Assembly: GCF_036507355.1 (NCBI RefSeq)
Contig: NZ_AP027877.1
Strand: one strand, 5' to 3'
Source of the DNA: Escherichia coli
Lineage (GTDB): Bacteria; Pseudomonadota; Gammaproteobacteria; Enterobacterales; Enterobacteriaceae
Length of the DNA stretch: 64,000 bases
The notes under the pieces were generated by a model that searched no databases, was not told the DNA's origin, and was given only the letters and a program-made list of their open reading frames with translations. The translations under genes were made by a program, and so were the position numbers. Positions 1-10,660 of the stretch are shown here, piece by piece; position 1 is the first letter of the stretch, and each line of letters starts with the position of its first letter.

Positions 1-483
1 AAACACTGTCCGCGTCCGATCGTGATGCCGCTGTCTAACCCGACGTCACGCGTGGAAGCCACACCGCAGGACATTATCGCCTGGACCGAAGGTAACGCGC
101 TGGTCGCCACGGGCAGCCCGTTTAATCCAGTGGTATGGAAAGATAAAATCTACCCTATCGCCCAGTGTAACAACGCCTTTATTTTCCCGGGCATCGGCCT
201 GGGTGTTATTGCTTCCGGCGCGTCACGTATCACCGATGAGATGCTGATGTCGGCAAGTGAAACGCTTGCACAGTATTCGCCGCTGGTCCTGAACGGCGAA
301 GGTCTGGTACTACCGGAACTAAAAGATATTCAGAAAGTCTCCCGCGCAATTGCGTTTGCGGTTGGCAAAATGGCGCAGCAGCAAGGCGTGGCGGTGAAAA
401 CGTCTGCCGAAGCCCTGCAACAGGCCATTGACGATAATTTCTGGCAAGCCGAATACCGCGACTACCGCCGTACCTCCATCTAA
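1..483 (+). CDS. maeA: NAD-dependent malic enzyme, C-terminal part (gene runs off the window start)
   Basis: ORF in frame from base 1, no start in window; C-terminal sequence recalled as MaeA/SfcA; synteny with adhP. Confidence 0.8.
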   Translation, partial: KHCPRPIVMPLSNPTSRVEATPQDIIAWTEGNALVATGSPFNPVVWKDKIYPIAQCNNAFIFPGIGLGVIASGASRITDEMLMSASETLAQYSPLVLNGEGLVLPELKDIQKVSRAIAFAVGKMAQQQGVAVKTSAEALQQAIDDNFWQAEYRDYRRTSI

Positions 484-616
484 GCCTGCGCCCGGTAGTG
501 AAGGCTACCGGGCAATTTCCCTCTCCCTTTTTCAGATCTCATCCATACTGGGTAGTGGCGAATAAATCTCATTTGCCTCACCTGCTATGCAGAACATCAT
601 CCGAAAAGGAGGAACT

Positions 617-1627
617 ATGAAGGCTGCAGTTGTTACGAAGGATCATCATGTTGACGTTACGGATAAAACACTGCGCTCACTGAAACATGGCGAAGCCCTG
701 CTGAAAATGGAGTGTTGTGGTGTATGTCATACCGATCTTCATGTTAAGAATGGCGATTTTGGTGACAAAACCGGCGTAATTCTGGGCCATGAAGGCATCG
801 GTGTGGTGGCAGAAGTTGGCCCAGGTGTCACCTCATTAAAACCAAGCGATCGTGCCAGCGTGGCGTGGTTTTACGAAGGATGCGGTCATTGCGAATACTG
901 TAACAGTGGTAACGAAACGCTCTGCCGTTCAGTTAAAAATGCCGGATACAGCGTTGATGGCGGGATGGCGGAAGAGTGCATCGTGGTCGCCGATTACGCG
1001 GTAAAAGTGCCAGATGGTCTGGACTCGGCGGCGGCCAGCAGCATTACCTGTGCGGGGGTCACCACCTACAAAGCCGTTAAACTGTCAAAAATTCGTCCCG
1101 GTCAGTGGATTGCTATCTACGGTCTTGGCGGTCTGGGTAACCTCGCCCTGCAATACGCGAAGAATGTCTTTAACGCGAAAGTGATCGCCATTGATGTCAA
1201 TGATGAGCAGTTAAAACTGGCAACCGAAATGGGTGCAGATTTAGCGATTAACTCACGCACCGAAGACGCCGCCAAAATTGTGCAGGAGAAAACCGGTGGC
1301 GCTCACGCTGCGGTGGTAACAGCGGTAGCTAAAGCTGCGTTTAACTCGGCAGTTGATGCTGTCCGTGCAGGTGGGCGTGTTGTGGCTGTCGGTCTGCCGC
1401 CGGAGTCTATGAGCCTGGATATCCCACGCCTTGTGCTGGATGGCATTGAAGTGGTCGGTTCGCTGGTTGGCACGCGCCAGGATTTAACTGAAGCCTTCCA
1501 GTTTGCCGCCGAAGGTAAAGTGGTGCCGAAAGTCGCCCTGCGTCCGTTAGCGGACATCAACACCATCTTTACCGAGATGGAAGAAGGCAAAATCCGTGGC
1601 CGCATGGTGATTGATTTCCGCCGCTAA
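617..1627 (+). CDS. adhP: Zn-dependent alcohol dehydrogenase (propanol-preferring)
   Basis: 336-aa ORF starting MKAAVV at ATG 617 with GGAGG-like RBS upstream; GHEGIG and Cys-rich Zn motifs of MDR family. Confidence 0.9.
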   Translation: MKAAVVTKDHHVDVTDKTLRSLKHGEALLKMECCGVCHTDLHVKNGDFGDKTGVILGHEGIGVVAEVGPGVTSLKPSDRASVAWFYEGCGHCEYCNSGNETLCRSVKNAGYSVDGGMAEECIVVADYAVKVPDGLDSAAASSITCAGVTTYKAVKLSKIRPGQWIAIYGLGGLGNLALQYAKNVFNAKVIAIDVNDEQLKLATEMGADLAINSRTEDAAKIVQEKTGGAHAAVVTAVAKAAFNSAVDAVRAGGRVVAVGLPPESMSLDIPRLVLDGIEVVGSLVGTRQDLTEAFQFAAEGKVVPKVALRPLADINTIFTEMEEGKIRGRMVIDFRR

Positions 1628-1772
1628 GAGGCCTTTGCTGCGACTGCCATGTTCGGGTCGCAGCATCGCACACTCTCCAACATGAAATGGCTAAATGGAT
1701 TATTGTTGCGTAGGAAGGAACAATAATGATAGTGTTCCCAGAGAAGGAACGCTACTGAGAGTAAAGACACTA

Positions 1773-2057
1773 ATGAAAATGGCCAATCATCCCCGCCCGG
1801 GGGACATTATTCAGGAATCACTGGACGAACTTAATGTCAGCCTGCGCGAGTTTGCCAGAGCAATGGAAATTGCTCCCTCCACGGCAAGCCGATTGCTGAC
1901 CGGAAAAGCAGCTTTGACGCCAGAAATGGCAATTAAACTTTCCGTGGTGATCGGCAGTTCGCCGCAAATGTGGCTGAATCTGCAAAACGCCTGGAGTCTG
2001 GCAGAGGCTGAAAAAACGGTGGATGTGTCGCGATTACGCCGTCTGGTTGCGCAATAA
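1773..2057 (+). CDS. yddM: XRE/HigA-family HTH DNA-binding protein
   Basis: 94-aa ORF from [11 protein letters not shown]; matches K-12 YddM by recall and by position between adhP and fdnI. Confidence 0.75.
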   Translation: MKMANHPRPGDIIQESLDELNVSLREFARAMEIAPSTASRLLTGKAALTPEMAIKLSVVIGSSPQMWLNLQNAWSLAEAEKTVDVSRLRRLVAQ

Positions 2058-2085
2058 AAAATGGCGCCTTTTACAGCGCCATTTT
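2056..2085. terminator. Bidirectional hairpin terminator between convergent yddM and fdnI
   Basis: AAAAATGGCGC-loop-GCGCCATTTT perfect inverted repeat flanked by A/T runs on both sides. Confidence 0.5.
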
Positions 2086-2106
2086 CAGCTTAAAGTTCAA
2101 AAGAGA

Positions 2107-2760
2107 TTATATCCCTTCTTCACTCTCTTTTTTCGCTTCTGCCTTCTCGATTTCACGATACCAGCGTGGATGGTGTTTCTTAGCCCAGCGACGGCTCACC
2201 TTCCCTTCGATCATCCCTTTAATCGATCCTTTCACCCAGAATGCCATATACATATGGATCAGGATGGCGTGGATCAGGATGATACCCGCAGCCGCGTGGA
2301 TCAGCAGGCTGTAGCGAACAACCTGCATCGGGAAGTACTGCGCAAAGTACGGACGCCAGATAATCACCCCGGTCACCAGCAGCACGAAAATCATGCTCAT
2401 GATCGACCAGAACATCATCTTTTGCCCGGCGTTGTACTTACCAACATCCGCCACTTTATGCTCATTGCCTTTCAATACTTCGACAATGTTCAACAGCCAC
2501 GGAATATCTTTCTTATCCGGGATGTTGTGATGCACAAAACGCACAAACATAAACATCAGTGCGACGAAAATCGCAATGCCGAAGAATGGGTGCAAAATGC
2601 GTCCCATCTGCGGCGTACCGAAGGTTTGCGTCAGCCATTGCAGCGTCGGGAAGAAGAACGAAATCCCGGACAGCGCCACCAGGAAGAAGCAAATCACCAC
2701 GGTCCAGTGACAGGCGCGATCAATAAATTTGGTGCGCACAATCATTTTCGACTTACTCAT
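2107..2760 (-). CDS. fdnI: Formate dehydrogenase-N gamma subunit (cytochrome b556)
   Basis: 217-aa membrane protein from [12 protein letters not shown]; overlaps fdnH stop by 8 nt. Confidence 0.9.
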
Positions 2761-3637
2761 GATGATCCTCCTCGTCATCGTCCACTTCCTTATTCGGGCC
2801 AATACCGATGTAGTGGAAAATCAACCCGGCAAAAGTGGCAATAAAGCCAGCCGCTGCCAGCGGTTTCAACGCGCCTTTCCACAGGCTTACCGAGGTGTCG
2901 ATCTTCGGATCTTTCGGCAGACCGTGATACAGCTCCGGCTGATCGGCGTGATGCAGCACGTACATAACGTGCGTACCACCGACCCCTTCCGGGTTGTAGA
3001 CGCCAGCATGTTCGTAACCACGCGCTTTCAGTTTCGCCACGCGCTGTTCCGCCAGCTCCAGCATCTCCTTCTTGGTGCCGAAGTGGATAGCCCCGGTCGG
3101 ACAGGTTTTCACACAAGCCGGTTCCTGGCCGACGCTGACGCGATCGACGCAGAGCGTGCATTTATATACCCGGTTATCCTCTTTGTTGAGGCGCGGAATA
3201 TTAAACGGACACCCGGCAATGCAGTAACCACAGCCGATGCAGTTTTCCGACTGGAAATCGACAATCCCGTTAGCGTACTGAATGATTGCACCAGCAGACG
3301 GGCACGCCTTCAGGCAGCCGGGATCTTCACAGTGCATACAGCCGTCTTTACGGATCAGCCACTCCAGCTTGCCGTTCTGTTCGGTTTCGCTAAAGCGCAT
3401 CACCGTCCAGGACTTGGCGCTCAGATCGGCGGGGTTATCGTAAACCCCGACGCAGTGCCCCACTTCATCACGGATGTCGTTCCACTCCGAACACGCCACC
3501 TGACAGGCTTTACAGCCGATACAGGTGGAAACGTCGATAAGTTTTGCGACTTCTGCTTTGTAATCACGCACCTGAGAAGGCGGCGTGATGGAGTTAGTTG
3601 CGGACCTTTTGATAATGTCCTGCGTTTCCATAGCCAT
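2753..3637 (-). CDS. fdnH: Formate dehydrogenase-N beta subunit (4Fe-4S)
   Basis: 294-aa ORF with multiple CxxCxxCxxxCP ferredoxin motifs; synteny. Confidence 0.9.
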   Translation of the reverse strand: MAMETQDIIKRSATNSITPPSQVRDYKAEVAKLIDVSTCIGCKACQVACSEWNDIRDEVGHCVGVYDNPADLSAKSWTVMRFSETEQNGKLEWLIRKDGCMHCEDPGCLKACPSAGAIIQYANGIVDFQSENCIGCGYCIAGCPFNIPRLNKEDNRVYKCTLCVDRVSVGQEPACVKTCPTGAIHFGTKKEMLELAEQRVAKLKARGYEHAGVYNPEGVGGTHVMYVLHHADQPELYHGLPKDPKIDTSVSLWKGALKPLAAAGFIATFAGLIFHYIGIGPNKEVDDDEEDHHE

Positions 3638-3649
3638 CTGTTCGCCCCC

Positions 3650-6600
3650 TTACGCCTTCTCGATGTTGACTAAGAACGCTTTATATTCCGGCGTTTGCGA
3701 GTTTGCATCACCGACATTCGGCGTCAGAGTGTTAGCGATATAACCTTTACGCGCGACACCCTCAAAGCCCCAGTGGATTGGAATACCCACCGTTTCAACC
3801 TGCTGACCATTTACATTCAGCGGTTTCAGACGACGCGTTACCACAGCCACCGCGCGGATAAAGCCACGCTTGCTTGAGACAGTGACACGATCGCCATTAT
3901 TAATGCCTTTCGCCGCCGCCAGCGTTTCGCTGATTTCCACAAACTGTTCCGGCTGAGCAATTGCGTTGAGCAATGCGTGCTTGGTCCAGGTGTGGAAGTG
4001 CTCGGTCAGACGATAGGTCGTACCCACATACGGGAACTGCTCTTTTTTACCCATCCGCAGTGCGTCTTGTTCATACAGACGAACAACCGGGTTAGACACC
4101 ACGTTCGGATGCAGCGGGTTAGTGCCCAGCGGCGTTTCAATCGGCTCGTAGTGTTCCGGGAACGGACCTTCCGCCATTTTGTTGATGGCAAACAGGCGTC
4201 CCATCCCTTCCGGCTGCATGATAAACGGCCCGGTTGGCGTACCCGGTGCGGCATTGCCGAAGTCAGGAATATCGTTACCCGTCCACTTGCTGCCGTTCCA
4301 CTGGATCAGCATCCGTTTCGGATCCCACGGTTTACCGTTGATATCCGCCGAAGCACGGTTGTACAGCACGCGACGGTTGAGCGGCCACGCCCAGGCCCAT
4401 CCCAGCGTATTCCCCAGACCGGACGGGTCGGAGTTATCGCGGTTAGCCATCTGGTTGCCCTGCTCTGTCCAGCTACCGGTGTAGATCCAGCAAGAAGATG
4501 CGGTTGTACCGTCATCACGCAGATGCGCAAAGCTACTCAGCAACTGACCTTTCTTCGCAATCAGCACGCCATTAGCATCATAGAGATCTTCCAGCGCATA
4601 GCCGTTGTTCTCTTTTGCCACTTCGTCAGATTGCGGTTCGTGCGGCTGCTTGTAGTTCCAGCTCATCTTCATCAGCGGTTCTACGCCTTTACCACCTTCG
4701 GCCTGGTACAGCTCGCGCAGATGATGGTAGATACCCGCCAGAATTTCGCCGTCGTTACGCGCTTCGCCCGGCGCGTCCTGACCTTTCCAGTGCCACTGCA
4801 ACCAGCGACCGGAGTTAGCGATAGAACCATCTTCTTCGGCAAAGCAGGTCGAAGGCAGACGGAATACTTCAGTCTGAATAGACGCCGGATCGACATCGTT
4901 CGACTCGCCGTGGTTCTGCCAGAAGGTAGAGGTTTCAGTCACCAGCGGATCGATAACCACCATGTACTTCAGTTTGCTCAGGCAGCTCACCACTTTGTTT
5001 TTGTCCGGGAAGGACGCAACCGGGTTAAAGCCCTGGCAGAAATAACCGGTGACTTTGCCTTCGTCCATCATGTTGAAATACTTGATGACGTCGTAGGTCT
5101 GGTCCCACTTCGGCAGCCAGTCATAGCCCCAGTTGTTCTCTTTCTGCGCGGCATCGCCATAGAAAGATTTCATCAGGCTAACGAAGAACTTCGGATAGTT
5201 GCTCCAGTAGTTCACCTGACCAGCCAGCGTTGCTTTCGGCGTGTTCGCTTCCAGATACGACTGCAAATCAACCTGTTTTTCTGACGGCAGCGTCAGATAA
5301 CCTGGCAGGCTGGTAGAGAGCAGGCCTAAGTCAGTCAGCCCCTGAATGTTGGAGTGACCACGCAATGCGTTCACGCCGCCACCGGCCATACCCATGTTAC
5401 CGAGTAGCAACTGGATCATCGCCATAGTACGGATGTTCTGCGCACCCACGGTGTGCTGCGTCCAGCCCAGCGCGTACAGGAAGGTGGTTGTGCGATCCGG
5501 TGCGCTGGTGGAGGCCAGCACTTCACACACTTTCAGGAAGTCGGCTTTTGGCGTACCGCAGATGTTTTCAACGACGTCCGGCGTGTAGCGGGAAACGTGC
5601 TCTTTCAGCAGGTTCCACACACAGCGCGGATGAGTCAGTGTTTCATCGCGTTTTGCATAGCCGTTTTCATCGAACTGATAGTTCCAGGACGATTTATCGT
5701 ATTGCCGTTTTTCAGCGTCGTAGCCGCTGAACAGACCGTCTTCGAAAGCAAAATCATCACGCACCAGCAAGCTGGCGTTGGTGTAATGCTTAACGTATTC
5801 AGCGTTGATTTTGTTGTTTTCGATCAGGTAGCGCAAAACGCCAGACAGGAACGTAATGTCCGTACCGGAACGAATAGGTGCGTAAATATCCGCTACAGAA
5901 GCGGTACGCGTAAAACGGGGATCGACAACGATCAAGGTTGCATCGTTGTTGTTTTTCGCTTCCATCGCCCAGCGGAAACCGACGGGATGCGCTTCAGCAG
6001 CGTTACCGCCCATTACCATTACGACGTTAGCGTTTTTGATATCCACCCAGTGGTTGGTCATCGCACCGCGACCAAATGTTGGAGCAAGACTTGCTACCGT
6101 TGGTCCGTGTCAGACGCGCGCCTGGTTGTCTACCGCCAGCATCCCGAGGGAGCGGGCAAATTTCTGGGTCAGCATCCCGGTTTCGTTGCTGGCACCGGAA
6201 GCACACAGCATACCGGTAGAAAGCCAACGGTTTACCGTTACGCCCTGCTCGTTCTTTTCAATAAAGTTAGCGTCACGGTCAGCTTTCATCAGCTTCGCAA
6301 TACGGGAGAATGCTTCTTCCCAGCTAATGCGCTGCCATTTGTCAGAACCTGGCGCACGATATTCCGGGTAGCGCAGACGGTTTTCGCTGTTGACGTAATC
6401 CAGCAAACCGGCCCCTTTCGGGCACAGCGCACCACGGCTTACCGGATGATCCGGGTCACCTTCAATGTGATAAATCGCTTCTCTGGCGTTTTTCGCGCCA
6501 TCACCCAGGCTATACATCAATAGCCCGCAACCTACGGAACAGTATGTGCAGGTGTTACGGATCTCTTTAGCGCGTAATAATTTGTAGTTTCGCGCCTGAG

Positions 6601-6697
6601 CCAGTGCTTGCTTCGGGGCAAAGCCCAATGCCGCTACTGTTGTTCCAGCCATACCGCCCGCGCAGATTTTAAAAAATTGTCTGCGACTGACGTCCAT
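3650..6697 (-). CDS. fdnG: Formate dehydrogenase-N alpha subunit, selenocysteine-containing (in-frame UGA at 6110-6112 read as Sec)
   Basis: Two same-frame ORFs (6697-6110 and 6061-3650) separated only by a TGA; Tat signal MDVSRRQFFK; total 1015 codons as in FdnG. Confidence 0.9.
6065..6112 (-). promoter_or_regulatory. Selenocysteine UGA codon plus downstream SECIS-region of fdnG mRNA
   Basis: In-frame TGA at codon 196 of fdnG; bacterial SECIS elements lie immediately 3' of the UGA (fold not computed). Confidence 0.6.
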
Positions 6698-6761
6698 TGC
6701 TTTCCTCTTTTTTCAGGGGTATTACTGCGCGAGGAAACTAACAGTAAAATTCTGAATCTTT

Positions 6762-6775
6762 TTGCGCGAAATCAA
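6762..6775 (-). promoter_or_regulatory. Putative FNR binding site of the fdnG promoter
   Basis: On the fdnG strand reads TTGATttcgCGCAA, a near-consensus FNR half-site pair (TTGAT-N4-ATCAA), about 70 bp upstream of the fdnG start. Confidence 0.5.
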
Positions 6776-6928
6776 AAAGAACACGTGTTTGCCACAAAAT
6801 AATCCGCCTTCGCAAATTGACCTACCTCAATAGCGGTAGAAAAACGCACCACTGCCTGACAGGCCAGTTAAAAAAATGCTATAAAATTCAGCTTAATTTT
6901 TAACGGCAAAAGAGACAAAACAGCGAGC

Positions 6929-7810
6929 ATGACACGACAAAAAGCAACGCTCATAGGGCTGATAGCGATCGTCCTGTGGAGCACGATGGTAGGATTGATT
7001 CGCGGTGTCAGTGAGGGGCTCGGCCCGGTCGGCGGCGCAGCTGCTATCTATTCATTAAGCGGGCTGCTGTTAATCTTCACGGTTGGATTTCCGCGTATTC
7101 GGCAAATCCCGAAAGGCTATTTACTCGCCGGGAGTCTGTTATTCGTCAGCTATGAAATCTGTCTGGCGCTTTCCTTAGGGTATGCGGCGACCCGTCATCA
7201 GGCGATTGAAGTGGGTATGGTGAACTATCTATGGCCCAGCCTGACAATTCTCTTTGCCATTCTGTTTAATGGTCAGAAAACCAACTGGCTGATTGTACCA
7301 GGATTATTATTAGCCCTCGTCGGCGTCTGTTGGGTGTTAGGCGGTGACAATGGGTTACATTATGATGAAATCATCAATAATATCACCACCAGCCCATTGA
7401 GTTATTTCCTGGCGTTCATTGGTGCGTTTATCTGGGCAGCCTACTGCACAGTAACGAATAAATACGCACGCGGATTTAACGGAATTACCGTTTTTGTCCT
7501 GCTAACGGGAGCAAGTCTGTGGGTTTACTATTTTCTTACGCCACAACCAGAAATGGTATTTAGCACGCCCGTCATGATTAAACTCATCTCTGCGGCATTT
7601 ACCTTAGGATTTGCTTATGCTGCATGGAATGTCGGTATATTGCATGGCAACGTCACCATTATGGCGGTAGGTTCGTATTTTACGCCCGTACTTTCCTCAG
7701 CGCTTGCAGCCGTGCTGCTCAGCGCCCCGCTGTCGTTCTCATTCTGGCAAGGCGCGCTAATGGTCTGCGGCGGTTCCCTGCTCTGCTGGCTGGCGACACG
7801 TCGTGGTTAA
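6929..7810 (+). CDS. yddG: Aromatic amino acid exporter (DMT superfamily)
   Basis: 293-aa polytopic membrane ORF; synteny next to fdnG. Confidence 0.85.
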   Translation: MTRQKATLIGLIAIVLWSTMVGLIRGVSEGLGPVGGAAAIYSLSGLLLIFTVGFPRIRQIPKGYLLAGSLLFVSYEICLALSLGYAATRHQAIEVGMVNYLWPSLTILFAILFNGQKTNWLIVPGLLLALVGVCWVLGGDNGLHYDEIINNITTSPLSYFLAFIGAFIWAAYCTVTNKYARGFNGITVFVLLTGASLWVYYFLTPQPEMVFSTPVMIKLISAAFTLGFAYAAWNVGILHGNVTIMAVGSYFTPVLSSALAAVLLSAPLSFSFWQGALMVCGGSLLCWLATRRG

Positions 7811-8068
7811 AATAATTGCCGGGTCTACGGCCTGGCAGTTAATCAGATAAATTCCGACAATATTAAAAAATAAATTTCGAATACCAGTAATTCACTTTAT
7901 ATCTCATTTCGACTTCGATCACATATCGATAAATAATATTATTTCATCTATTTTTCTCATTGTTTTTAATCACCATTCTATTTTAAAAACAGTATGTCAT
8001 TTATAAATGACGCCGTTTAAAATTCGTTTAGAAAATACGTTTAACGATAATTAAAAGGATTCTGTTAA

Positions 8069-9169
8069 ATGAAATTAAAAATAGTTGCGGTGGTTGTAAC
8101 TGGTTTGTTAGCTGCGAACGTAGCACACGCTGCCGAAGTCTATAACAAGGATGGTAATAAACTCGACCTTTATGGCAAGGTTACCGCTCTACGTTATTTT
8201 ACTGATGATAAGCGTGACGATGGTGATAAAACTTATGCCCGTCTCGGCTTTAAAGGAGAAACGCAAATCAATGATCAAATGATTGGTTTTGGTCACTGGG
8301 AATATGATTTTAAAGGCTATAACGATGAAGCCAACGGCTCGCGCGGCAACAAGACCCGTCTGGCCTATGCTGGTTTAAAAATTAGTGAGTTTGGCTCTCT
8401 GGACTATGGTCGTAACTACGGTGTCGGCTATGACATTGGTTCATGGACCGATATGTTGCCAGAATTTGGTGGCGATACCTGGAGTCAGAAAGATGTCTTC
8501 ATGACATACCGTACCACCGGTGTAGCAACCTATCGCAACTACGATTTCTTTGGCTTAATTGAAGGGCTGAACTTTGCCGCGCAATATCAAGGCAAAAATG
8601 AACGTACTGACAACAGTCATCTTTATGGTGCAGACTACACGCGTGCCAACGGTGACGGTTTCGGTATCTCCTCAACTTATGTTTATGATGGCTTTGGTAT
8701 CGGTGCGGTATATACCAAATCCGATCGGACAAATGCGCAGGAAAGAGCCGCTGCTAATCCTCTTAATGCCTCCGGTAAGAATGCAGAACTGTGGGCCACA
8801 GGTATAAAGTATGATGCCAACAACATCTACTTTGCAGCTAATTACGCTGAAACATTAAACATGACCACCTATGGCGATGGTTATATCTCGAACAAAGCAC
8901 AAAGTTTTGAAGTGGTGGCGCAATATCAATTCGACTTCGGCTTGCGCCCATCACTCGCTTACCTGAAATCGAAAGGCAGAGATCTGGGCCGCTACGGCGA
9001 CCAGGACATGATTGAGTATATCGACGTTGGTGCGACGTATTTCTTCAACAAAAATATGTCGACCTATGTTGATTATAAAATCAACCTGATTGATGAAAGC
9101 GACTTTACCCGTGCCGTAGATATTCGCACCGATAACATCGTCGCAACGGGCATTACCTATCAGTTCTAA
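8069..9169 (+). CDS. yddL: General porin of the OmpC/OmpF/OmpN family (intact counterpart of the K-12 yddL pseudogene)
   Basis: 366-aa ORF, signal peptide ending [20 protein letters not shown]-terminal YQF; position between yddG and the LRR genes. Confidence 0.75.
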   Translation: MKLKIVAVVVTGLLAANVAHAAEVYNKDGNKLDLYGKVTALRYFTDDKRDDGDKTYARLGFKGETQINDQMIGFGHWEYDFKGYNDEANGSRGNKTRLAYAGLKISEFGSLDYGRNYGVGYDIGSWTDMLPEFGGDTWSQKDVFMTYRTTGVATYRNYDFFGLIEGLNFAAQYQGKNERTDNSHLYGADYTRANGDGFGISSTYVYDGFGIGAVYTKSDRTNAQERAAANPLNASGKNAELWATGIKYDANNIYFAANYAETLNMTTYGDGYISNKAQSFEVVAQYQFDFGLRPSLAYLKSKGRDLGRYGDQDMIEYIDVGATYFFNKNMSTYVDYKINLIDESDFTRAVDIRTDNIVATGITYQF

Positions 9170-9182
9170 CATCCTCTCCTGA

Positions 9183-9208
9183 CCAGCCCTTCTCTGGGCT
9201 GGTTTTTG
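9183..9208 (+). terminator. Rho-independent terminator after the porin gene
   Basis: CCAGCCC-ttctct-GGGCTGG stem followed by TTTTT. Confidence 0.55.
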
Positions 9209-9338
9209 ATTTAAGTGCTGCTGTATGACTCCTTAAGTAAAAATGAGCAATTTTTGATATTTCTGGTCATTCACCTCAATTAATATTATTCCATACCCTC
9301 CGGGGACATCTTACTATAATATTTATTGATGAGTGATT

Positions 9339-10598
9339 ATGACCAATATTAATACAGCTTGTGTAAAAAATAATGCCAGTTATCAATTTAATAACGCATC
9401 AACTAACAAAGAAACCATCTCCAGCAATTTTTGTGAACGACTAGAACAATGGGGTAATAAGTCGATTAATAATGGTGAAGAAAGAGCAATTGCCGTGGAG
9501 CGAATTAAAGAAGCTTACAATTCGAACATGGCATCTCTTGATTTGTCATATCTTGATTTGAGTGAGTTGCCGCCTATCCCTTCGACAGTTAATACGTTAA
9601 ATCTGGAAAACAATTGTCTAACTTGTCTTGACTTTGCTGACAATGCTAGTCTCGTCAATATCAACCTCAGCTTTAATAAAATTAACACGATAACCTTTCC
9701 AAATGAATCAAATCTGGAAAACATTTATATTGATCATAACAATCTGGAAAGTTTAGATTTAAAAAATCAGCATTCATTGGTTAATCTGGAAGCGCAAAAT
9801 AATAACCTAAAAAAAATTAATATTTCTGATAGTCATAAACTGAAATTTCTTAATCTTGATTATAACAAACTATCATCACTGGATGTCTCCCGGCAAGAGT
9901 CTCTGATTGAGTTAAGTGCCCATCACAATATGATCACTGACCTTATATTACACAATCATCCCAGGATGAAAACAATCACTTTAAACGACAACCATATTGC
10001 ACATTTAAACACCAAAACCACTACAAAACTTGAATATTTAAACTTAAGCAATAACAATTTATTGCCAACCAATGACATTGATCAACTAATATCATCAAAA
10101 CATCTTTGGCATGTATTAGTTAACGGCATCAACAATGATTCACTTGCACAAATGCAGTACTGGACTGCAGTAAGAAATATAATTGATGACACTAATGAAG
10201 TGACCATTGATTTATCTTATAATCTGGCAATCACAAATATCGATACCAGTGATGAACATCTTGTAGAAGTAAGCGATAATTCCGAAGGTAATTATATAAA
10301 AGACAATGACTCAATGTCTATTCGTTATAGATCCAAATATTATTCCAGAGAGTATACCTTAATAGAAGAAGAAACAATATTTTCTGACGCAGAATTAAAA
10401 GCTATTCTGCCTATGCGTCGCATGTACGGGGTTGGTGACTATAAGTCAAATTCCTCTTCTCTATCCTCACACTCGGGGCTCAAGGACCCAACGGGCACAC
10501 CCGTCTGTTATTATATTCATAATGAGAGTAAACCTTCCTTAGGTTATGGTCCAACATGCAATAATTGGTTAAGCCAATCCTTTACAACAGAGTTATAA
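9339..10598 (+). CDS. yddK: Leucine-rich repeat protein with IpaH/YopM-like N-terminal cap
   Basis: Repeating LxxLxLxxNxL units of ~20-22 aa; N-terminal W..W...EER..AV.RIKE..........LDLS.L.L..LP pattern; low GC; synteny (start could also be GTG 9333). Confidence 0.65.
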   Translation: MTNINTACVKNNASYQFNNASTNKETISSNFCERLEQWGNKSINNGEERAIAVERIKEAYNSNMASLDLSYLDLSELPPIPSTVNTLNLENNCLTCLDFADNASLVNINLSFNKINTITFPNESNLENIYIDHNNLESLDLKNQHSLVNLEAQNNNLKKINISDSHKLKFLNLDYNKLSSLDVSRQESLIELSAHHNMITDLILHNHPRMKTITLNDNHIAHLNTKTTTKLEYLNLSNNNLLPTNDIDQLISSKHLWHVLVNGINNDSLAQMQYWTAVRNIIDDTNEVTIDLSYNLAITNIDTSDEHLVEVSDNSEGNYIKDNDSMSIRYRSKYYSREYTLIEEETIFSDAELKAILPMRRMYGVGDYKSNSSSLSSHSGLKDPTGTPVCYYIHNESKPSLGYGPTCNNWLSQSFTTEL

Positions 10599-10660
10599 AA
10601 CACATCCTGATTTATCAAGGGTGATAAATCAGAAAAACATTGTATTACTACGGAGCAGTT

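Noticed and set aside
2729-3673. 314-aa ORF on the + strand
   Set aside because: Antisense to fdnH and the fdnI start; spurious
3977-5284. 435-aa ORF on the + strand
   Set aside because: Lies entirely antisense within fdnG; arginine/proline-rich low-complexity translation typical of spurious ORFs opposite a GC-rich gene
3650-6061. fdnG as a truncated gene or pseudogene with a premature stop
   Set aside because: The interrupting codon is a single in-frame TGA at the known selenocysteine position and the full frame equals FdnG length
5453-6523. 356-aa ORF on the + strand
   Set aside because: Antisense to fdnG; no start context or recognisable domain
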